Shown here: positions 9,904-20,761 of the stretch, one piece after another
Layout: every line of letters starts with the position of its first letter
Numbering within the stretch: position 1 is the first letter of the stretch
Source of the DNA: Terriglobia bacterium
GTDB taxonomy: Bacteria > Acidobacteriota > Terriglobia > 20CM-2-55-15
DNA length: 64,000 nt
Direction: 5' to 3'
NCBI GenBank assembly: GCA_965198225.1
Contig: CBDAOY010000009.1
Span: 576,001-640,000, forward strand
Notes under the pieces: model-generated
Told to the model about the DNA's origin: nothing
What the model saw: only the letters and a program-made list of their open reading frames with translations
Databases searched by the model: none
Position numbers and translations under genes: made by a program

Positions 9904-10878
9904 TCACCCGGTGCGCAGAACGACAATCTTTCCCGCCGGGCAGGGCGCGATAGTCATCTCGACATCGAGGCGCCGCGGCTTCTCGGCCAGCAGGAACGCC
10001 AGCTTGCCTTTTGGGGCGGACTCCAGCTCGCAAACCTCCGTTAGCCGGAGACGCGGCGCGAAGTTGGCGTTGAGCAGGGAACCCGCAATATTCAGGACTT
10101 CGTAGACGTTTGATCGGATTTCTCCGGTGATCACCGCGGCCTTCAGATCTTCGAGGATGACTCCGGGCGCGAATCCCGACAGGGCGCCTGAAGCCGCAAG
10201 AGCCAGTGTCGGGTCGAGTACAATCGCGGCGGACGGCGCAGACACGGGGTCGGTCTGGTAGAGACCGACGAAAAAAGGCCAACCCGCTTTACCCAGCAGT
10301 GTCGTTTGCTTGGACGCCTTTGTTTCCTTGAGCTTACCCATCGTGAGCGTCGTGAAGAGCTCGACGATGTCCTCTTGCTCGGGAAACGGGAGGTTCATCA
10401 CGCTCCCGGCCAGCATCACCCTCAGCTGGACCAGGTTTCCATCGATCAGAGTGGGACGAGTCTCAGATAGCGCTGCCCGCGGGCAATGCTCCGCCGGATC
10501 CCCGTTTATCCACACCGGCAAGCCTACCTTCAACGACGGGTAATCAACGTTCAACTGTTCTTTGACGCCGCCCGCAATGATGTTGATCATTTCGCCAACG
10601 CCATCGGCGACATCCTGTCCGTCAATCTCCTCGTCTTCGTCGGCGCCCAGCAGGGCTTTGGCCAGTTTCGTGCAGGTTTCCACACCCGCGATGATGCTCA
10701 GCCGCAAGGTCACCCTCTCCGACCCGACGGCGATCGAAACGCGCCTGTGAAGTTCCGTTGTGGAATCGGCGGGGGGATCGACTTTCTCGGCGGGAGTCAT
10801 GTCCAGACCCATCGCCGTGGCACAGAGATCCTTAGTGGACTGCAGCGCTGCCTCGAGGACCGGTTGAATCGCGCTCAT
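9904..10878 (-). CDS. CheX-like domain fused to a second CheC/CheX-like domain
   Basis: DGVGEMINIIAG and EVLNIAG ExxN motifs. Confidence 0.7.
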   Translation of the reverse strand: MSAIQPVLEAALQSTKDLCATAMGLDMTPAEKVDPPADSTTELHRRVSIAVGSERVTLRLSIIAGVETCTKLAKALLGADEDEEIDGQDVADGVGEMINIIAGGVKEQLNVDYPSLKVGLPVWINGDPAEHCPRAALSETRPTLIDGNLVQLRVMLAGSVMNLPFPEQEDIVELFTTLTMGKLKETKASKQTTLLGKAGWPFFVGLYQTDPVSAPSAAIVLDPTLALAASGALSGFAPGVILEDLKAAVITGEIRSNVYEVLNIAGSLLNANFAPRLRLTEVCELESAPKGKLAFLLAEKPRRLDVEMTIAPCPAGKIVVLRTG

Positions 10879-11270
10879 TTGTGTAACAGGGCCTTTTGCG
10901 TGAGTTTTGAAGAATAATCTCCGCCCAGCTCGGCTTCGAAGGTCTCCGCCGTAAAGGGCTTCGTGATCACTGCCGCGGCCCCCTCGCGGTAGGCGAGAGA
11001 GTGCATTTCGTCGGTCGCTTCCGAGGTGATGAACACGAACGGAATGTCCTTGCCTCGCGCGCGGACAGCCCTGAGGAGATCAATGCCGTCCAGACCGGGC
11101 ATGTTCCAGTCGGTGAGAACCAAATCGGGGGGGGACATGTCGATCTGTTCGAGCGCGGCCTGCCCGTCGTCCGCCTGTTCGATCGTATGACCCTCAAAAC
11201 CTGCCTGACGCAGCGTGCGAATGATGATTTTGCGCATAACCCTGCTGTCGTCAACGATGAGTATATTCAT
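10875..11270 (-). CDS. CheY-like response regulator
   Basis: IVDDS, DWNMP, KPF; ATGA overlap with the downstream gene. Confidence 0.9.
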   Translation of the reverse strand: MNILIVDDSRVMRKIIIRTLRQAGFEGHTIEQADDGQAALEQIDMSPPDLVLTDWNMPGLDGIDLLRAVRARGKDIPFVFITSEATDEMHSLAYREGAAAVITKPFTAETFEAELGGDYSSKLTQKALLHK

Positions 11271-12094
11271 TCTTCTAGTCCTTGCAATTTGCCGGAAAGA
11301 GTCTGCCTCGAGGGAGATGGTCTGTTGAATACATCACTCGCTCCCCGCCCTCGTCGGCAGCTGCTCAAGGTTTGTTCAGGTCCGACCTGACCCCGACGAT
11401 CCGTTTTTTTCTCATCCTCCCGCCAGACTCGCCTGCTGTCAGGACATTCGGCTGTTCTTTCGCGTTACCGGCGGTTTTCCAGGAGCTGGAAGAGACGCGG
11501 TTACGCCATCCTGTCTGTCTCGAGCAGGCTCGACGTGACTTCGGACCTCCTAGTCGTCATGTGACGACCCTTAACTACTCCATCGGCTCGCGCGATTCGA
11601 AGCCTTAGAGTAAGTAATACAAAAGATTCCAGCCGGTGCCAGGTCTGGCCCAACGCCAGTTTCCAATGGACCCTGCCGCACGCTGTTTCGAACCAGCAAG
11701 GTGGCATTGCCGACGCAGGTCTGGGCGCAGGCGTGATGCTTAAACGCCTTTGTGTCTTTGATTTGGCGATGCAGGCATCGGTTGCGTCAGTATCGGGCGG
11801 GGTCGGAAAAGAAGTTCACCGGCGATTCTTCCTGCAGGTGCGGGCCGGATCGGGCATAGCTCCCACGGTCTAGAGTATTGGTAAGACGGGGTTCATTGCA
11901 CCACGGAAGGGTGCAGGGCCGTGAAGAAGTAGGCCGTAGTCCAGTCGACTCTTCATCCGACGTCAGTAGTTCGCTGGCCGTTGCTAGCTGTCACTCGTCA
12001 CTTATCACTTGTACCCACTTCCTCAAAACTGGAGCGAAGGAACCAACGGTGGTAGCCTGCAGCTGAAGCGATTCCGAGAGACAGGAGGTATCAC

Positions 12095-13306
12095 ATGGTG
12101 AGAGGCATCCAAAAGCGACTGATTCGTGCGGGCATCGTTGCGGGGGCTGCAGGGATACTGCTTTGCATGCCGGCGGGCCTGCAGCGTCTCGAAGCGGAGC
12201 AGCGCAGGGCGGAGCTTTCCGGGGACGGTGTCTCTCTTGTGTTCGGGGGAGACGCGCTGTTCGGGAGGTCGTTCTCGGAAAACCAGGACCCTGCAATGGT
12301 CCGACTGTTTGAGATTTTCCGGGGCGCGGACGCCGCGTTCATCAACATGGAGCAGGTCATGTCCACGGCCGGCAGCGAGGAACCTGATTACGGAACTCTG
12401 GTCCGCGCGGACCCGGGACTACTCCATGACATCCAATGGGCTGGGGTCGATGCCGTCTCGCTGGCGAACAACCATTCGATGAACTTCGGGCCGGACGGTC
12501 TGATTGGAACCATCCACGAGTTGGACCGGCTTGGCATACGGTATGCCGGCGGAGGGCGCAATACCACAGAAGCGCGGGCCGCGGCGCTCGTCGAAGCAGG
12601 CGGTTTGAAGGTTGGCTTGCTCTCACTCTATTCCGGAACCGGCTCCACGAGTGGCTCTAACGTCGAGGTGGCCGGCGCCGAGAGACCGGGGATGTTCCTC
12701 CTTCGGGCGAGCGAGGTGAACCTGGGCGGTACCGAGATCGTGGCTCCCGTCGCTGCCGATCTTCAGGCGATGATCGAGGCGATCGAGACAACCCGGCCGA
12801 TGGTCGACATCCTGGCCGTTTCGATCCACATGCACTGGGGGAGCAACACATTCCAGGAGGAATTCGCCGAGTACCATCCCCTCGTTGCCCGATCCGCCAT
12901 CGACGCAGGTGCCGATCTGTTCGTGATCCACGGCCCGCACGTGCCGCGAGGTATCGAGCAGTACAAGCACGGGTTCATTGCCTACAGCGTCGGCAACCTC
13001 TTCTGGAACCTCAAGGATCTCGGTATCGATCCCGAAGGCAACCCGAGTTACGTCCTGGACGAAGCCTTCCAAAGCATCGTCGTGCGAGCCGTGGTTCGGG
13101 ACAAACGCGTCGAGCGGATGGAGGTGATCCCGATTTATATGTACCGAGACGGTGAATACCAGGGGATACCCCGCCTCGCGGATCGCGAGAAAGGCCGCGA
13201 GATCCTGCAACGCGTCCAGCGACTCTCGGCCGAAACGCGCACCGAACTCCGAATCGAAGATTGGTACGGGGTTGTAGAGATCGGCCTCACAGAGTCGCGG
13301 AACTAG
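12095..13306 (+). CDS. CapA (PGA_cap) family metallophosphoesterase
   Basis: GGD, NME, LANNH, HWG, HGPH, YSVGN motifs; AGGAGG RBS. Confidence 0.88.
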   Translation: MVRGIQKRLIRAGIVAGAAGILLCMPAGLQRLEAEQRRAELSGDGVSLVFGGDALFGRSFSENQDPAMVRLFEIFRGADAAFINMEQVMSTAGSEEPDYGTLVRADPGLLHDIQWAGVDAVSLANNHSMNFGPDGLIGTIHELDRLGIRYAGGGRNTTEARAAALVEAGGLKVGLLSLYSGTGSTSGSNVEVAGAERPGMFLLRASEVNLGGTEIVAPVAADLQAMIEAIETTRPMVDILAVSIHMHWGSNTFQEEFAEYHPLVARSAIDAGADLFVIHGPHVPRGIEQYKHGFIAYSVGNLFWNLKDLGIDPEGNPSYVLDEAFQSIVVRAVVRDKRVERMEVIPIYMYRDGEYQGIPRLADREKGREILQRVQRLSAETRTELRIEDWYGVVEIGLTESRN

Positions 13307-13452
13307 CCGTCAGTTTCCAACAAGGAGTCAGTGGTCAGTGGCCAGTACCGGACCGCGACATGGCTACTCCGACTCCTCTGGATGACTGGAAAGAATGTCG
13401 TGCGATCATCCCTTTGACCACTGACCCTCTCATCGGGACTCGGCTGCGTGTA

Positions 13453-13494
13453 TTGATGAGTGTCATGATCACTGTTAGTATAGATAACATGACA
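13453..13494 (+). promoter_or_regulatory. Sigma70-like promoter with overlapping inverted-repeat operator of the TA operon
   Basis: TTGATG-17nt-TAGTAT; TGTCATG (13461-67) and CATGACA (13488-94) inverted repeat; ATG lies 7 nt after the -10 box. Confidence 0.6.
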
Positions 13495-13698
13495 GACACC
13501 AGGAGAATAACTGCCAACCTGCCGGACGCGCTTTTGATGAAAGCGATGAGTGTGACCGGCAAGGGCATCACGGAGACCATCGTCGAAGGCCTGGAACGGG
13601 TAAGCCGCTCGCGAGCCCTGGAAAAAGCCCTGGCTCTCAAAGGGAAGATCTCCATACAGATCGATCTCGAGGAATCTCGTGAGCGGCGTCATCGTTGA
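13489..13698 (+). CDS. VapB-like antitoxin
   Basis: 69 aa with an RHH-like N-terminus (RRITANLPDALL); overlaps the PIN gene. Confidence 0.75.
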   Translation: MTDTRRITANLPDALLMKAMSVTGKGITETIVEGLERVSRSRALEKALALKGKISIQIDLEESRERRHR

Positions 13699-14065
13699 TA
13701 CGTCTGTGTGGATCGATTTCTTTGGGGGCGATTCGGCTGAGACGCTCGAGCAGGCCCTCGCCGCCGGCACGGCTGTGTTACCCCCCGTCGTCGTAGCGGA
13801 GCTGATCAGTGGGGCTCGGAGACCCGCCGAGCAAAGCGCTATCACTGACCTGATCGAAAGTATCCCTGTACATCGGACGCCGCTGGCCCATTGGATCCAT
13901 GTCGGGCAACTCCGCCGCCGTCTTGGGGAAAAAGGCCTGTCCGTTTCGACACCTGACGCGCATGTGGCCCAGTGCGCGCTGGACCTCAACGCGCTTCTTC
14001 TCGCCCGCGATGCCATCTTCAAGCGCATCGCAAGACATTCAGGCCTTCGTGTCGATGCCGGTTAG
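13679..14065 (+). CDS. vapC: PIN-domain toxin (VapC-like)
   Basis: IVDTSVWIDF, EL, PDAHVA, RDAIF acidic PIN motifs. Confidence 0.9.
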   Translation: MSGVIVDTSVWIDFFGGDSAETLEQALAAGTAVLPPVVVAELISGARRPAEQSAITDLIESIPVHRTPLAHWIHVGQLRRRLGEKGLSVSTPDAHVAQCALDLNALLLARDAIFKRIARHSGLRVDAG

Positions 14066-14115
14066 CTAATAGTAGCCAGTTGTAAGAAGTGACGAGTGAC
14101 ATGGTTGTGCGATCA

Positions 14116-14199
14116 TGACTACTGACTACTGACTACTGACTACTGACTACTGACTACTGACTACTGACTACTGACTACTGACTACTGACTACTGACTAC
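14116..14199. repeat. Perfect heptamer tandem repeat (TGACTAC)x12
   Basis: Counted directly. Confidence 0.97.
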
Positions 14200-14203
14200 C
14201 CAC

Positions 14204-14986
14204 TCACCCCGGCCGCCTCGACTCCGGCGTCCTGAATGCCTTCACCTTGCTCGTCCGGAGACCGTAGTCCAGAAGAGCTTCGGCCATCTTCACGGCCGCG
14301 ACCACACCATCGATGACGGGTGCGCCGAGTTCCGTTTCAAGCACCTTGTCGAGCCCCGTCAGCGTCGATCCGCCGAGGAGAATAACCTCCGCTCCATCCT
14401 CGACGAGAGCCGCCCTCGCCGCCTCAATCAGGAGCGGATTCGGCTGACCCGAGCTGTCCCGAAGTTCGGCCGCGCGGAGCTCGACGATCCGGATGGATGC
14501 GAGCCGATCTTCGAAGCCGTAGCCCGTCACGAGGTCTTCCAGAAAAGGACGCAGTCGTTCGACGAAAGTGAGGATCGTGAACTTGTGGCCCACGGTGCTG
14601 CCGAGCAGCATTGACGATTCGGCGAGCCCGAGTACAGGAACCGTCAACAACTCGCGCAGAGCGTACAGACCTGAATCGCTGTAAGCGGCGACGATCAATG
14701 CATCGAAGGAATCCCGATCGAGGTCCTCGACCTTCCGAAGCATGGCCGCAGTCGCAAGCTGATCTTCGTAGCGGCCCAGGATAATGGAGGGACCCGCGTC
14801 TGGATTGATCGCTGCGACTTCGGTGCCGGGCCTTGCGTAGCGCCCGGCATTCTCGAGAACCTGGTCGGTTGTCGCCGCCGACGTGTTTGGGTTGACCAGC
14901 AAGAGCCGGTGCGGTCCCGGCCTGACCTGTTGTGGACCTGCCGCCAATCCCAGGGCACCAGTCATCAGTTCTCGACGCGAAAGCAC
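14204..14986 (-). CDS. Asp/Glu/hydantoin racemase-family protein with a Tat-like leader
   Basis: VNPNTS, PVLG, PVIDGV; N-terminal SRRELM. Confidence 0.85.
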   Translation of the reverse strand: MLSRRELMTGALGLAAGPQQVRPGPHRLLLVNPNTSAATTDQVLENAGRYARPGTEVAAINPDAGPSIILGRYEDQLATAAMLRKVEDLDRDSFDALIVAAYSDSGLYALRELLTVPVLGLAESSMLLGSTVGHKFTILTFVERLRPFLEDLVTGYGFEDRLASIRIVELRAAELRDSSGQPNPLLIEAARAALVEDGAEVILLGGSTLTGLDKVLETELGAPVIDGVVAAVKMAEALLDYGLRTSKVKAFRTPESRRPG

Positions 14987-15130
14987 CGCCCCCCCCCCTC
15001 AAAATGGATCGTTATCCGATTCGGTACAGATTAAGATAGGTTGCCGACGTTCCGTTACTGCAAAATCGCAATTCCATGCCGGCCGCCGAGACTGCCGGAT
15101 CGTCGACAGGACGGCTTGCAGGAGATCGGA

Positions 15131-16351
15131 ATGAGCACTTCAAAGACTCTCCGCATTCTGATGTTCGGGTGTCTGCTGCTGGTGAGTTTCCATGAAACCG
15201 CAGCAGCCCAGGCAATCGATATCGGGAAAGTCACCTCAAACCTGGAGCGACACATCGAGCGCGAGATGATCGAGGGCCGGATTCCGTCCCTGAGCATTGC
15301 CTTGGTCGCTGGCGACCGAACCGTGTGGAGCAGCGCTTACGGCGATTCGAATCTCTGGGCTCACACGCCGGCCACGACGAGCACCGTCTACATGATCGGT
15401 TCGACCTTCAAGCCGATGGAGACCGTGGCACTCCTCCAGCTTGCGGAAAAGGGAGTGTTCAAACTCGACGATCGCGTTAACGATTACCTCGATGCATTCA
15501 AGATTCGGGGCGAGGATCCGTCGCAACCCATCACGTTCCGTCACCTGCTGACACATAGCTCCGGAATCCTGGGTCAGGCCGAAGCCGGTGCGTTTCCCGA
15601 CGCCATCGACGAGGTGACGAAGAACGTGATCCCATACTGGGACCGGCCTTTCCAGGCGTACCCCGTCTGGGGTTATGTCCTGCCGCCTCCGATGAAGGAG
15701 TACCTGGCGAAGAGTCTCAAAGTCACCCGCCCGCCGCTCGAGCGCGTGGAATACTCGCCCGTGGCATTCACCCTGGTCGCTTACCTCGCGGAGAAATTCT
15801 CCGGCATCCCCTTCATCCAGTACATCCAGGAAAACATCTTTGAGGCGCTCGACATGAACAGTACGTCGTTCATCCCGCGGGCCGACATGGACGAGCGTTT
15901 CGCCATTCCCTACGTCGTCGACCCGGACACCAACCATCACGTGGCGGTCAGCCGGGTGAGGATCTCCATCTGGCCCACCGGCCTGGTCTACGCCACGGCG
16001 CCGGACATGGCGAACTGGCTGATCCTGAACTTCAACGGTGGAGTCTTGAATGGCAGGAGGCTGATCGGACCCGAAGCCATGGCCGATGTGCACACGCGGC
16101 AGTACGAAAAGCTCGCCCGCACGAACCCACGGGGCGAGGTCACCGGCTACGGCCTCGGTTGGAACGTGTCCGACCGAGCCGGAGACCGCTACATCTCACA
16201 CGGCGGAAGCCTTCCCGGCGAATCCGCCTACGTCCTCGGGAACCTCACCCGTAAGCTCGGCGTCGTCATCCTGTCCAACGGGAACCGGGCCGGATCCCAT
16301 CTCCGGAGCATTGCCCAGAAGGCCATCGACCTGATGATGGAGGCAGAATAG
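15131..16351 (+). CDS. Secreted serine hydrolase (beta-lactamase family)
   Basis: STFK (SxxK), LLTHSSG, HGG; signal peptide. Confidence 0.88.
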   Translation: MSTSKTLRILMFGCLLLVSFHETAAAQAIDIGKVTSNLERHIEREMIEGRIPSLSIALVAGDRTVWSSAYGDSNLWAHTPATTSTVYMIGSTFKPMETVALLQLAEKGVFKLDDRVNDYLDAFKIRGEDPSQPITFRHLLTHSSGILGQAEAGAFPDAIDEVTKNVIPYWDRPFQAYPVWGYVLPPPMKEYLAKSLKVTRPPLERVEYSPVAFTLVAYLAEKFSGIPFIQYIQENIFEALDMNSTSFIPRADMDERFAIPYVVDPDTNHHVAVSRVRISIWPTGLVYATAPDMANWLILNFNGGVLNGRRLIGPEAMADVHTRQYEKLARTNPRGEVTGYGLGWNVSDRAGDRYISHGGSLPGESAYVLGNLTRKLGVVILSNGNRAGSHLRSIAQKAIDLMMEAE

Positions 16352-16457
16352 TTGTCAGTTGTCGGTAGTCAGTTGGCGGAAAGTCACGAGTGACAGGTGA
16401 TGAGCAAGAGTATGGTTTTTTCAACTGACTACCGACTACTGAATACTGACTACTACT
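16349..16457. repeat. Inverted heptamer-array element
   Basis: AGTTGTC/AGTAGTC-type left arm and GACTACT-type right arm. Confidence 0.75.
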
Positions 16458-16497
16458 TTTCATTGACTCAGAACCCCAAACGGCCTATCTACTAACC

Positions 16498-17496
16498 ATG
16501 TTTCAATTCTTTCTGGTATTCGCCCTCTTCCAGACTCTTCCCCAAGTCCTTCCGAGCCCCAATGTTCGCGCTAGCGTGGGGGACGGCCTGCCCATAGTCG
16601 GACAATTGCACTTCGAGGAAGGGGCCGAACCGGCAATCGTCGACGTCGAGCTGCGGGACGTCGTTGCCTTCAGCATCCTGGACCGGGTGACATCGAACCC
16701 GGCCGGGGTATTCCGTTTCAACGACGTGCCCCTCGGACGCTACCAGGTGGTCATCGAAAGCCAGCGGTACCAGCGTGTTCAGCAGATGCTCGCCGTCGAC
16801 ACCAAGACCTTCGCGATGATCAGCATGGATATTTCGCTGTATCCGCGCCGCGTGGACGTCGACGAAGAGACTCTCGTCAGCTTGGAAGAACTACGCCGAA
16901 ACGTCTCGCGCGAGGCCATCGATGAATACGAGAAAGCCGTCGAAGAGCTTCAGAAGGAGAACCCCGACCGGGCGCTCGAGCGCCTCGAGCGGGCCCTGGA
17001 GATCGCCCCGGATTTCTACGAAGCCCATCTGCAGCTGGGTTTTATCCACCAACGGGAGGGCCGGCGCGCACAGGCCATTTCCTCGCTGGAGCGTGCCGCG
17101 GAATTGAACGGAGCCTCCCGAGAAGCCCGAACATGGTTGGGGCGACTCTATTTCGAAGCCGGGGAGTTCCAGAGGTCAGTCGCGGCTCTCTCCGAGCGCT
17201 TTGAGCTGGGTGCGCCCAGCGCCGATGATCATTTCTACATCGGCTCGTCCTACTACAGGGTGGGGAATCTGGCGGCCGCGGAGCAGAACCTGCTCCGAGC
17301 CGCCGAGATGGAATCAGAAAACTCCGGCCAGGCTCGCTTACAGCTCTTCAACGTCTACATCCGATCCGGGCGACCCCAGCAGGCGCTCGATCAACTCGAT
17401 TCATACCTGGAAGAGCTCCCCGACTCGCCCAATTACGACGCCATCAAGGAACGGGCCGATCAGATCCGCAGGGATCTGGGGCCAGGGAACCGGTAG
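16498..17496 (+). CDS. Carboxypeptidase-regulatory-like domain + TPR protein
   Basis: GVFRFNDVPLGRYQV, then several TPRs (ALEIAPDFYEAHLQLG). Confidence 0.8.
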   Translation: MFQFFLVFALFQTLPQVLPSPNVRASVGDGLPIVGQLHFEEGAEPAIVDVELRDVVAFSILDRVTSNPAGVFRFNDVPLGRYQVVIESQRYQRVQQMLAVDTKTFAMISMDISLYPRRVDVDEETLVSLEELRRNVSREAIDEYEKAVEELQKENPDRALERLERALEIAPDFYEAHLQLGFIHQREGRRAQAISSLERAAELNGASREARTWLGRLYFEAGEFQRSVAALSERFELGAPSADDHFYIGSSYYRVGNLAAAEQNLLRAAEMESENSGQARLQLFNVYIRSGRPQQALDQLDSYLEELPDSPNYDAIKERADQIRRDLGPGNR

Positions 17497-17628
17497 GGTT
17501 ACTCTCGCCTTCTGGAGTGTGTTAGCGCTTCGCGCGGGAGCTGTACTGCATGAGTCCGATTACCTTTTGCAACGCCAGGCAAAAGCTGTGGATCGCGGCG
17601 AGATCCACCGTCGCAACTCCAGATCTAG

Positions 17629-20516
17629 CTAGAATCGCCACCTTGCGCCCAGACGGAGCAACCGCGGCGACAGAATCGACGTCGGTTGCAGGTACCGCGA
17701 ACCATGGCGCTCCTGGATGCTGGTCACCGTGTTGGCGTTCATCACGTTGTCCAGATCGAGGACGGTTTCAATCGAGTGTTGATCGTTGATGTCGAACGTC
17801 TTCGAAATCCGCTGATCCCAGATCATCACGAAGGGCAGCCGGCCGATCTGCCTCTCCGGCTCGATGGTCACGAGGCTGCGCAGCGCATTGCGTATCCGCA
17901 CCTCCCGGTCGTACCAGTCCTGCGTCTGACCACGAAGCAACGTCGAAATCTTCAGGCCGTACGGCAGCGCGTACACGCCGTGGAGCTTCAGGACGCTGTC
18001 CCACTCAGAAACCTGCTGCGCGTTGACATACAACAGATCGTTCGGATTCTGGGCGTCGTTGGCCCGCTCCTTCCGGTAATTGGAGGTGTAGGAAAGCATA
18101 GCCCACCATCGGTCGGCCGGCCGCCTGCTGAACGTGAACTCGTACCCGGTGTAGGTGTCCTGCCCTTCAGCCCCGATTGACTGGACGACGTGCTTGAAAT
18201 CCGTTCCGAAGTTCGGATGGTTCCGCGGCACCGACCAGATCTGGACCATGCCGTCATCGACGGTCCCTGTAACGTTGTCTCGACCGGGGTCGATGCCGAA
18301 CACGACATCTGTGTAGGCTTCGTACGGTAGGAGAGGGTTGACGATCTTCTGTTGGCGTTTTGTCGGATCTTGCGAAAGATAGCCCACCATCGGTCGGCCG
18401 GCCGCCTGCTGAACGTTGAACCGGACACTGTAATCGACCGGCCGATGCCCTGTAACGTTGTCTCGACGGGGTCGATCGAACACCGACGGTGTGACGACTC
18501 GATCTTGCGGACCGGTGTAAATGGCGTCTTCAGGTCGTCCGCGAGGCTATTGAACATGGGACGTTCGGTGCCTCTGATGGAAATCAGCGCCCGCTGGTCC
18601 GGGGTGTAAGGGATCTCTCCGGCCCAGGCGGCTTCGTCGGGAACCGATGATGAACAGTTCCCGACTGCACAGTATCTTTTCTGGCCGCCGGTCGGTACAG
18701 GGTTGATGCTTCCCGCGCCCGCTCCCGGCAGGATGCCGGGTCCCGAGCCGCTGCCCGCGTACCGGCCGTAGCTGGTTTTCAGAGCAATCCGACCCTGACC
18801 GGTGACGTCATACACCAAAGAGAGCCGGGGCGACCAGGAGTTGTAGATCGGGAACTCCTCCGGCCCCCGGGCCGGACGAATTGCCTTCGTGGCAAACGGT
18901 CCGGTCCCGGGGTTCCCCTGCTCGGGGAGCCACGATGAGTACCGATCCCACCGGAATCCGAAGCTGAGGGTCAGGTTCCGTTTGAGGTTGATCCTGTCGG
19001 TGATGAACCACGCATCGTAGCTCTCTCCGTTCTTCACGAACGATGGATAGTCATAGACGAAGACCGAGTCCGGGTTCGAAAAGAGATCGTCCCCGAACCG
19101 CCTGCTACGGTACCGGTATACCTGCTGGTTCGTGTACCCGAAGATCTCCGTAGCGGTGCTGTAGCCCCATGAACCCGTATAGCCCGTCTTGACTTGGTGA
19201 GAAGTCCCGCCGATGTCCGTAAAAACGCTGTAGTTCGCATCCCACTGCCAGCGCACCGGACGTTCGGCCGACTCCAGGGCGCCGCCCCGGATCTGACCCG
19301 AGTCCCTCATCCGCACCGCATCCGTCCAGGCGTCGGAACGCCGCCAGTAGCCTCCACGTCGGATGGCCGCGTCAAACGTCATCGTCGGGCTAACCAGAAA
19401 CGTCCACTTCAACGTCGGGCCAACTGCCGACCAGGTGTCACGGTTCTGGGTCGCGGTCAGTGGCGTAAAAGCGCTTCCGCGACTGTAAGGCACCCAGCTT
19501 CGTCCGAACTGAGCAGCGGTCTCCAGCCTGTTGTTGTCGTTTACCTGCCAGGTGAGTTTCAAAGCGGGATCCTGCAGCCTGTTCAGGTAATCCTGAGGCT
19601 CGGCACCATTCCGATCATCCACGAAACCATCAAGAACGAGTGAATGGGACGCTTGTCGGTAGGACGCGAAAAACCAGGCCCGTTCCTTCAGGATCGGGCC
19701 CCCGATCTCGGCGGCGAAGTCGGTGTTCGTAAAATCGCGGTTGGGCCGGCCAGATATACCCTGGTCCAGCAGATCCTGGTCGACATTGTTTGACATAAAG
19801 CTGTCGTTGTCCCAGTCCGCGACAACGTTCCCATGAAAGTTGTTGCCGCCGGACTTTGTCACGAAGCTGATCGTCGCGCCCGGATTCGAAAACTCTGCGC
19901 TCTTCGCAGCCAGATTCACCCGCACCTGCTCAAACGATCCGTGGTCCGCCGCGAGCTGGCCCCACATCATTCCATCGACAAAAATCTGGTTGTCGCCGGG
20001 CCGGCCGTAGACCTCGCTACCGTCGGACATGCCGGGAATCATCGTGATCAAACCGGCAAGCCTGCGGCGGTAAGGGATCTCGTCGAACACTCGCCCGTCG
20101 AAGTTCACACCCACCGTTGCCTGTTCCAGGTCCAGCGCCGGCCCCTGGCTCAGCGAAGTGATAATTGCTGGCGCGGTCGTCGCTTCCAGGGTCCCGTTCA
20201 CCCTCGCGATCGCGCCGATCTTCACGCGGACGTCACGGATTTCCAGCGTCTTGAATCCCGGTAAGACGAGCGTCACGGTGAATGTGCCTCCGGGTAGCTC
20301 GGTGAACCGGTAGGCGCCCAGCAGGCTGGTCGTGATCGTCCGGGCGCCGCCGATCAGGGAAGGGCCGGCCAAACGGACTTTTACGCCAGCCAGCGACTCA
20401 CCCGAGTCGTCCATCGCCCGCCCCGTCACAGTACCCGTCGTTTGCGACAAGCTCGGCCCTGTCAGCGCCAGAACCAGCACTACCGAAGCCAGGAGATTTC
20501 GCGTCGAAAACTCCAT
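17629..20516 (-). pseudogene. Oar-like TonB-dependent receptor disrupted by a scrambled segment at about 18340-18515
   Basis: N-terminal 2 kb and C-terminal 0.8 kb are in different frames and both resemble the paralog at 25003-27870; ends RLGARWRF. Confidence 0.8.
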
Positions 20517-20761
20517 TGAAATTCACTCAAGCTAGGGACCGAGATTTGCGCCCGGTCCGTTGATCCACACTCGTCGAGAGTATACCCGTCGTTGGACAGG
20601 AGGCCCGCACTCGAGTGGATCTGCGTCGTCTACAGGCTTTCATCGAAAGTCATCGGCGGGATCACGCGGGGAGTTCGTCTAGCGAGCATCGTATTGCCGG
20701 ACGCTAATGGATCGATCAGCAGAAAATTCGGTCTCCTCCGTCCCCGAATTCATAGGGAGGG

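Noticed and set aside
11702-11717. Sigma54-like GG-N10-GC site
   Set aside because: Lacks TTGC at -12 and is far from any gene start
14116-14199. Repeat arrays as CRISPR
   Set aside because: 7-nt tandem units without spacers; no cas genes
18095-18485. Duplicated segments plus an RT in the window as a DGR template/variable repeat pair
   Set aside because: Copies are short and differ by indels rather than adenine-specific substitutions; the RT lies inside a complete group II intron; no avd gene
20592-20760. Possible redoxin gene remnant (LPDANGSISRKFG)
   Set aside because: Too short and degenerate to support by eye
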